Below, piece after piece: positions 58,142 through 64,000 of a DNA stretch of 64,000 bases; positions within the stretch are counted from its first letter, which is position 1, and each line of letters opens with the position of its first letter. This stretch comes from a virus. The notes under the pieces are model-generated. The model worked only from the letters and a program-made list of their open reading frames with translations, did no database searches and had not been told where the DNA came from. Made by a program: the position numbers and the translations under genes. The stretch lies in the IMG/VR virus record IMGVR_UViG_3300029571_000009, positions 1 to 64,000 of that record; one strand, written 5' to 3'.

Positions 58142-59089
58142 ATGCAACAGAAAGAATTAAAAATTGATCCTGAATTAAGGGATTTACTACCACCACTTAC
58201 AGGTGATGAGTACAAACAACTTGAAAAGAATATTGTAGAAAATGGATTTGATAAGAATTTTCCTATTATGGAATGGCATGGTTATATTGTAGATGGTCAT
58301 AATCGCTACTCTATTTGCAAAAAACACAATATTGATTATGTTGTTGGTACTCTTGGATATGAAACAAAAGATGAAGTTATGGAATGGATGTTGGATATTC
58401 AGCTTGGCAGACGTAATTTATCACCTATTCAAAGAATTGCTGTAACTGAGAAATATAGACCTATTTACGAGAAACAAGCAAAAGAGAATTCATTAAATAA
58501 TTTAAAACAGAATCAAACTGCCGACAAGTCAAATTTGACCAATCGAGAATTTAAATCAACAAATAAGAAACTTGCAGATATAGCAGGTGTTAAACCAACT
58601 ACATATAAGATGGGTGCAAAAGTTCTTAATTCAGATAACGAAGATTTAAAGCAGCGTGTTTTGTCAGGTGAAACTTCTATTAGTGCTGGTTATAAGGAAT
58701 TACAGAATGAAAAGAAAAAAGAACAATTCTCTGATAATCAAAATGAAGAATATAATATTGAGCAACCAACTACATCATCTTCTATTGTTCAACCTTCTCA
58801 AAAAAATCAAGTCAGCGAAGAAGTAAGACAAATATGTGAAGACCTTAAAACCGAAAAGTCAAAAGAGTATCTTGATTCTATTTGGGATTATAAGATTGAT
58901 ATAATCGAATGTATGAATATTGGATTTGAAAGATTTTATGATGGGTTTGTTAGTATTCTTAGTGATATGGAAAATCGTGTAACCAAATCAGAATTAGATG
59001 AATGTATTGCCAATGCAGAGAATAATATAACGAAACTATTAACTGCTATTGAGTTAGCAAAAAAAACAACATTAAAAACGGAGGATTAA
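58142..59089 (+). CDS. ParB-like partition/nuclease-domain protein
   Basis: canonical ParB box YIVDGHNRY plus an HTH-like segment; start taken at the ATG at 58142 with a GAAAGGA RBS rather than the longer track ORF. Confidence 0.65.
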   Translation: MQQKELKIDPELRDLLPPLTGDEYKQLEKNIVENGFDKNFPIMEWHGYIVDGHNRYSICKKHNIDYVVGTLGYETKDEVMEWMLDIQLGRRNLSPIQRIAVTEKYRPIYEKQAKENSLNNLKQNQTADKSNLTNREFKSTNKKLADIAGVKPTTYKMGAKVLNSDNEDLKQRVLSGETSISAGYKELQNEKKKEQFSDNQNEEYNIEQPTTSSSIVQPSQKNQVSEEVRQICEDLKTEKSKEYLDSIWDYKIDIIECMNIGFERFYDGFVSILSDMENRVTKSELDECIANAENNITKLLTAIELAKKTTLKTED

Positions 59090-59092
59090 ATA

Positions 59093-59938
59093 ATGAAATT
59101 AAAAGACTTAGTAAAAGGAACAAAAGTAACAGACAATAAGATTGCACATAAGGAAGTACCAATTGATAAATTGGATGCAATGCTTAATTATCAGAGAGAT
59201 ATTGATATGAAGCGTGTTGAAAGACTTAGTAGTGATGAGTATTTTGATGAAAATGAGGTTGATGAAGTAAAGGTTAGCGTTAGAGAAGATGGTTCTATGA
59301 AAGTATGTGATGGTCAGCATACTATTGCAATTTTAAAGATGAGAGGATGGACGACTGTACCGTGTGAACTTCGTTATGGTTTAACTATTGAGGAAGAGAA
59401 TGATTGGTTTACCATAACTAATACAAAAGAAAAGCCACAGAATAGAAAACGCACACTTACATCTCAGATTAATGGTACATATGAAAAAAATAAGATTGAA
59501 CAGGATTTTAATAATTGCATAAAAGCACTTGGCTTTAAGTTAGATATTTTTGGAGAAGAACCAGGAAATGATTATAAAATTAAGTGTCCTGCAAAACTAT
59601 TAGATATGTATAAGGAATATTCGTCAAGAAATGACGTAGATGGCTTTATTGAATGTATGGATTTAGTCAAGGGCTGTTGGAATGGAAATTCAAAATCATT
59701 GCAGTGGAATTATATTAGGGGAATGTTTGACTTTTATGAAACATATAAAGGTATTTTTGACAATAAGAGACTTATTACTTCTGTCGGGAAAAAATCCCCA
59801 TCTATCATTAAAGAAATTGCAGATAATGATAAATATACAAAGAAACCATCTTTAAAATATGCAAAGATTTATGTAAATGAATACAATTCTGGTTTAAATA
59901 AGAACAAAAGATTAAAAATGTCCTTATTAGAAGATTAA
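59093..59938 (+). CDS. ParB/DndB-like DGQH-motif protein
   Basis: VCDGQHTIAIL motif (DGQHR-type); begins 4 nt after the parB-like gene. Confidence 0.5.
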   Translation: MKLKDLVKGTKVTDNKIAHKEVPIDKLDAMLNYQRDIDMKRVERLSSDEYFDENEVDEVKVSVREDGSMKVCDGQHTIAILKMRGWTTVPCELRYGLTIEEENDWFTITNTKEKPQNRKRTLTSQINGTYEKNKIEQDFNNCIKALGFKLDIFGEEPGNDYKIKCPAKLLDMYKEYSSRNDVDGFIECMDLVKGCWNGNSKSLQWNYIRGMFDFYETYKGIFDNKRLITSVGKKSPSIIKEIADNDKYTKKPSLKYAKIYVNEYNSGLNKNKRLKMSLLED

Positions 59939-59957
59939 CATAGTGAGGTGATACGTC

Positions 59958-60743
59958 TTGCCAAACTATGTAAAAATTCCACGAGAAATCATCTATGATA
60001 AAGATCTCTCATCTAAGCGTGTAATAATCTTCTCATATCTTTGCACAAGACGTTCACTTGATGACACGGTGGCATTTTCTACAACAGAACTTTGTCACTG
60101 GTCTAAACTGAAACCTAATTACAGAGATGGGAAAATAAATCAAAAATATTATGAAGTTCTATTACTTCTCTCTCATTATGGATATTTTGAATCATGTCCT
60201 GATTTTGAGAAGTGTCTAAAAGAAAACACCAATTCGGTGAAATATCAGCAAGTACAACTAAATATTGAAAAATTCGATGTGCCTGATAATTTTGGAATCA
60301 TTTATTTTGATGAATTGGATAAAATATTGAATTTTAAGGAAGAGTTAAAAGGTAAAAATATAGACCTTGCGAGAATGTCATCTGCTTATATCTTACTCTT
60401 ACTTTCCTATATTCGTGTCAATTTGAATCGTATAGAAGATAAACCCCTCTGTTGCTATCGGTATTTCAAAACGATTTCAGAAGATATTGGACTTTCTGAG
60501 AGATATATAGGACGCATAGTTGATATTTTGGAAGAATTAAAAATTATAAAATGTCAACCTATGAAGAGAGAAAAATATATTAAAGATGGGAAAGAAAAAT
60601 ATTTAACTACTCCAAAGGTATTTGTTGATTATAGACATTTTATAAATGATGAGCATGGTCAAAGAATTGATAATAAATATGATCCATGTGAGGAAATCAA
60701 AAAACAAATAGAGATTTTGGAGAACAATAAGTTAAGAACATAA
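59958..60743 (+). CDS. replication initiator (RepA_N / phage replisome-organiser N-terminal domain-like)
   Basis: N-terminus YVKIPREIIYDKDLSSKRVIIFSYLCTRRS...AFSTTELCHWS follows the RepA_N pattern. Confidence 0.5.
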   Translation: MPNYVKIPREIIYDKDLSSKRVIIFSYLCTRRSLDDTVAFSTTELCHWSKLKPNYRDGKINQKYYEVLLLLSHYGYFESCPDFEKCLKENTNSVKYQQVQLNIEKFDVPDNFGIIYFDELDKILNFKEELKGKNIDLARMSSAYILLLLSYIRVNLNRIEDKPLCCYRYFKTISEDIGLSERYIGRIVDILEELKIIKCQPMKREKYIKDGKEKYLTTPKVFVDYRHFINDEHGQRIDNKYDPCEEIKKQIEILENNKLRT

Positions 60744-60873
60744 AGAGATACTGCCACTTACGACAATATCTCTTTACCATAAATTTGCGCAATGAGCGTT
60801 ACACTAAACGCTCTAATTTGCAGTGAGGCTTCTAATTCACTGGTAAATTATTGTTAAAAAGTTACTATAAGAA

Positions 60874-61107
60874 ATGAATACAATAGTAATTCACGTACCT
60901 ACTATATCCTATTTCTTATATGATATGCCATTTTTCGTGATGGCGACACGTTCTTTTCCTGAAGTTACAAGTAGCTTCAATTCTTTATACTGTGTAAAAC
61001 ACTTGACACAATATTTAACAAGATTCAAAACTGCGATTATAACAGCTGGTGTAAGAATAATGATTAGCAATATCTACAATCCTCCTTTCATAATAAGACA
61101 CTATTAA
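60874..61107 (+). CDS. hypothetical hydrophobic protein
   Basis: 77 aa ORF. Confidence 0.35.
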   Translation: MNTIVIHVPTISYFLYDMPFFVMATRSFPEVTSSFNSLYCVKHLTQYLTRFKTAIITAGVRIMISNIYNPPFIIRHY

Positions 61108-61371
61108 AATAGGAAAGATTATAGATTTCACTATTTTTAATGTGCATAATCACACCTCCGTACCTGATATAAGAATCAGTCGTGACTTTAGTTAATGAGT
61201 TACAAGTGTATATACACATCTTAATGATTATACCATATCAGTGAATTAGAACAAACCCTTTTGCAATAAGGGAATATATAAAAGTAACACATAAACCATA
61301 TCACACACACTATAAAGGAGCGATGAATGATATGAATAAAAAATTTTATTTAACAAGGAGAACAAATATTT

Positions 61372-61623
61372 ATGACGAAGGAAACAGAAAGACATGTAGC
61401 AAGAAGAACAATGGAACTTAAGAGAAAGAACAAGCTTGTATGCTATCCCAAGTTATCAGAAGCGGATTTCGGTGGTTGCGATTTAAATATTGCCAGTCGT
61501 ATAGCTGCAGATTTTAAGTTTGACGAGACAAAAAAGAGAGAATGTATAACTAGAGATTATAATAAAAAGCTTAAGGCTTGTGAAGAAAGACAAAATTTAA
61601 AGGAGGAAGCAGTACATGCTTAG
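61372..61623 (+). CDS. hypothetical basic protein
   Basis: 83 aa ORF with an AAGGAGAA RBS. Confidence 0.5.
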   Translation: MTKETERHVARRTMELKRKNKLVCYPKLSEADFGGCDLNIASRIAADFKFDETKKRECITRDYNKKLKACEERQNLKEEAVHA

Positions 61624-61954
61624 ATACGAAATTATTGCTAATGTTGGTATTAGCGTAGACTTACATAATAATTACACAGTGGTTGCTTTAGCAAAATGGA
61701 ATAAAGAGAAAGAATCTTACTTAGCCACTTTCTACATTAAACAGACAGATATTGACCATTTAGATCTTATGGATGACCAGATTGAAATAGAGTTTTCTTC
61801 TGAGATAAAAACAATCAAGAATGATTTAGTGAAATATATTGAAATGCTTATAGAAAGAGGAATTATTCAGAGATATATAGACAGATACAAATATGAGCTT
61901 GATTGTATTGATAGAGGAACTGCTATGTTTGAGTTAGAGAGAAATGTTAAGTAA
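61616..61954 (+). CDS. hypothetical protein
   Basis: 112 aa ORF, overlaps the upstream gene by 8 nt. Confidence 0.5.
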   Translation: MLRYEIIANVGISVDLHNNYTVVALAKWNKEKESYLATFYIKQTDIDHLDLMDDQIEIEFSSEIKTIKNDLVKYIEMLIERGIIQRYIDRYKYELDCIDRGTAMFELERNVK

Positions 61955-61985
61955 ATCAGATTATAGATATTTTAAAAAAGCTAAA

Positions 61986-62361
61986 ATGGCTGCTACCATC
62001 TCGGATTATAAAAAAAACACATATAGGGTGTATAGCCGTTTACCAAGGAAATGTAATAGGAATTGGTTGTAATACAATTAAAACGCATCCTATTCAAAAA
62101 TATTATAACAGATATAGAAATTCATGGAATAAGAATGGTATTAAACCGACTTTACATGCTGAAATCAATTGTCTTAATTCTATCCGTCATCTGGATATAA
62201 ATTTCCAAAAAGTAAAATTATATATTTTTAGAACGAGACTAGACAGAGAATTTGGTATGTGTCGTCCATGTCCAAGTTGTATGGCAGCGATTAAAGATTT
62301 AGGGATAAAACATATTTACTATACAAGCAACGATGGATATTCCTATGAATGTATAAATTAA
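61986..62361 (+). pseudogene. cytidine/dCMP deaminase-like gene interrupted by a +1 frameshift in an A8 homopolymer
   Basis: frame 1 gives MAATISDYKKNTYRVYSRLPRKCNRNWL-stop; frame 2 continues HIGCIAVYQGNVIGIGCN...HAEINCLNS...MCRPCPSCMAAIKD to a stop at 62359-62361 (H-A-E and PCxxC zinc motifs); removing one A from the 62011-62018 run fuses them into a single 123 aa ORF. Confidence 0.55.
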
Positions 62362-62618
62362 AAAGAGAGGTTATATGTATGTGCAACATTTGTGGCAATA
62401 ATCCTTGTCTTACAAGATGTCCAAACTTTCATCAGAAATATAATTACTTATGTTGCTATTGTGGTGGGGGTATTTTAAGTGGACAAGATTATCTGAGAAA
62501 TTCAGAAGGACAATATATACATAGAGACTGTATTCCATGTACTGATTATCTTATAGATTGGTTGGGATATCGTGTCGAAACAATGGACGAGGAGGATTAT
62601 AAAGATGAGAATTATTGA
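62349..62618 (+). CDS. zinc-ribbon protein
   Basis: CNICGNNPC...CCYCGGG...CIPC. Confidence 0.45.
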   Translation: MYKLKREVICMCNICGNNPCLTRCPNFHQKYNYLCCYCGGGILSGQDYLRNSEGQYIHRDCIPCTDYLIDWLGYRVETMDEEDYKDENY

Positions 62619-62880
62619 TAGACTGAGAATATTTTTTGATATTGATTACAGTTCAAATAAGGAATATTGGATTCCAATTAATGAGATTAAAATTAGAGAA
62701 GAATTTCTTGCTACTCCACCCAATTACAGAAAATTCAGGAAGAAAGAAAATACATTCATCAAGTATGGTGAACTGGGGAAGATTATAATTGACAGAAATT
62801 ATGAATTGATAGACGGATATTGTTCGTATCTTATTTGCAAGAAATATGACATAGGTAAAGCTCCTGTGTGGTTTGAATAA
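62572..62880 (+). CDS. hypothetical protein
   Basis: 102 aa ORF. Confidence 0.45.
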   Translation: MSKQWTRRIIKMRIIDRLRIFFDIDYSSNKEYWIPINEIKIREEFLATPPNYRKFRKKENTFIKYGELGKIIIDRNYELIDGYCSYLICKKYDIGKAPVWFE

Positions 62881-62930
62881 TTGTAAATAGAAATTTCATT
62901 TGGAGAATATATAAGTGGAGGTAAATTTAT

Positions 62931-63146
62931 ATGAATAATAATTTTGACAATGTTGAAGAAATGAAAGAATTGATCATAGATGAACTTTCGGAATGTGAAT
63001 TTGACAGCAATTTCAGATGTGAAGAATGTTCTGAATTGGAGCAATGTTATTGCAAAGCATCTACAAAATCATCTCATGAATTCGCAGAGAGCTTAGATTA
63101 TGGTGGATATGATTCTGAAAATGAATTTTGGGAGAATTTAGATTAA
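62931..63146 (+). CDS. hypothetical acidic protein with CxxC pair
   Basis: 71 aa ORF. Confidence 0.4.
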   Translation: MNNNFDNVEEMKELIIDELSECEFDSNFRCEECSELEQCYCKASTKSSHEFAESLDYGGYDSENEFWENLD

Positions 63147-63163
63147 ATATGGAGGTATAACTA

Positions 63164-64000
63164 TTGGATAATACAGGAATTTACATACCATCTATTGATG
63201 CAAAGGATATTTATTTATCAGCACATTACATTGAGGAAAATCCAGAAGGATATAATTTAAAACTCAAAGATGGACAGTATAATTTACGAAAATTTATTAA
63301 TACACTTGATTACAGTTTGGATCTTATAGAATTAAAAGATATTTATTATAGGAAATTTAGAAAACATGATTTTTCATTTAGAATTAAAAAGCACGATTAT
63401 TCTGTGAATGTAATTAATCTCACATTTAAGTATTCCGTTAAAGAATGGAATCAGATGAACAAAAACACTTTTGTAAGACTTGGATATGATTACAGAGAAC
63501 TTACATTTGAAGATGGAATTGCTAAAAATAGCGAAGGTGAAATTGTTGGGATTAAGACGAATGAAAAAATTGAAGATCCGATTGATATACCAAAACCATT
63601 TGTTAAAAAGCAGGTAAACATCTACGACAAAAAAGATAAATCTATTGTCAAAGAGATTCAAACTCAGTATCACAAAAAGGGTGAACCAAAGACTATAAAG
63701 ACAAATGCAGAACTTAGAACTGAGTTGTATAAAGATGGATTTATATGTAATGGTATTAAATATTGTCGTATGAAACGTTCTACTGGTTCAGCAAGAGTTG
63801 GTAAATGTCTCTTTATCAGAGAAGATTTATATGAATCAATTTTAAAGTTCAGTTCAGGTAGTCTTAAATACAATCAAGGCGATCCAATTGACTTAGCTGC
63901 ATATGAGGGATATATTGCTCTTCCATCTAGTAGTATTATTGATACAATTTCAATTAAACCAGAAAATATTCTTTTAATTGATGACTATGATAGCATATTT
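63164..64000 (+). CDS. hypothetical protein, 5' part (runs past window end); possibly replication-associated
   Basis: TTG start at 63164 preceded by GGAGGT; open frame to the window end (LDNTGIYIPSIDAKD...); not in the ORF track because it is unterminated. Confidence 0.45.
   Translation, partial: MDNTGIYIPSIDAKDIYLSAHYIEENPEGYNLKLKDGQYNLRKFINTLDYSLDLIELKDIYYRKFRKHDFSFRIKKHDYSVNVINLTFKYSVKEWNQMNKNTFVRLGYDYRELTFEDGIAKNSEGEIVGIKTNEKIEDPIDIPKPFVKKQVNIYDKKDKSIVKEIQTQYHKKGEPKTIKTNAELRTELYKDGFICNGIKYCRMKRSTGSARVGKCLFIREDLYESILKFSSGSLKYNQGDPIDLAAYEGYIALPSSSIIDTISIKPENILLIDDYDSIF

Overview
This 64 kb window is AT-rich and densely packed with short genes. It looks like the early, auxiliary-metabolism and replication arm of a large phage or prophage of a low-GC Firmicutes (Clostridia-like) host. 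No capsid, tail, terminase or lysis genes are visible.

From 1 to about 54.5 kb essentially every gene is on the minus strand, with strong AGGAG-type RBSs and many ATGA or 4-11 nt overlaps. At 54.5-55.6 kb transcription switches across an ~0.8 kb G-depleted noncoding tract, and a plus-strand module follows. That module holds an iteron/palindrome cluster, two ParB-like genes, a RepA_N-type replication initiator and a frameshifted deaminase.

Notable content, left to right:
- Eight DNA methyltransferases between 6.3 and 27.1 kb: six N6-adenine, one beta-class N4/N6 and one C5.
- An Rnl5-like RNA ligase and a free-standing HNH endonuclease.
- An NAD+ module: a SLOG/YpsA-like protein, NadE, a HAD phosphatase, a NAMPT/Namat-like phosphoribosyltransferase, a Prs/Adps-like pyrophosphokinase and PncA.
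- Two adjacent phage tRNAs, Lys(UUU) and Gln(UUG), both with atypical stems.
- An SPFH/band-7 protein, a phage sigma factor, and five ParB/sulfiredoxin-fold (DUF262/ParB-like) proteins.
- A lysogeny-like island: XRE HTH regulator, MazF-like toxin, a tyrosine integrase, a second tyrosine recombinase and a RadC-like JAB protein.
- A phage DnaN sliding clamp.
- A 1.2 kb ORF-free, GC-richer island with three perfect hairpins and a tRNA-like element.
- A conserved intergenic motif (TTTGGAAAWTTT on the plus strand) upstream of at least six minus-strand genes.

All functional calls rest on motifs read directly from the translated ORFs; no database search was possible.
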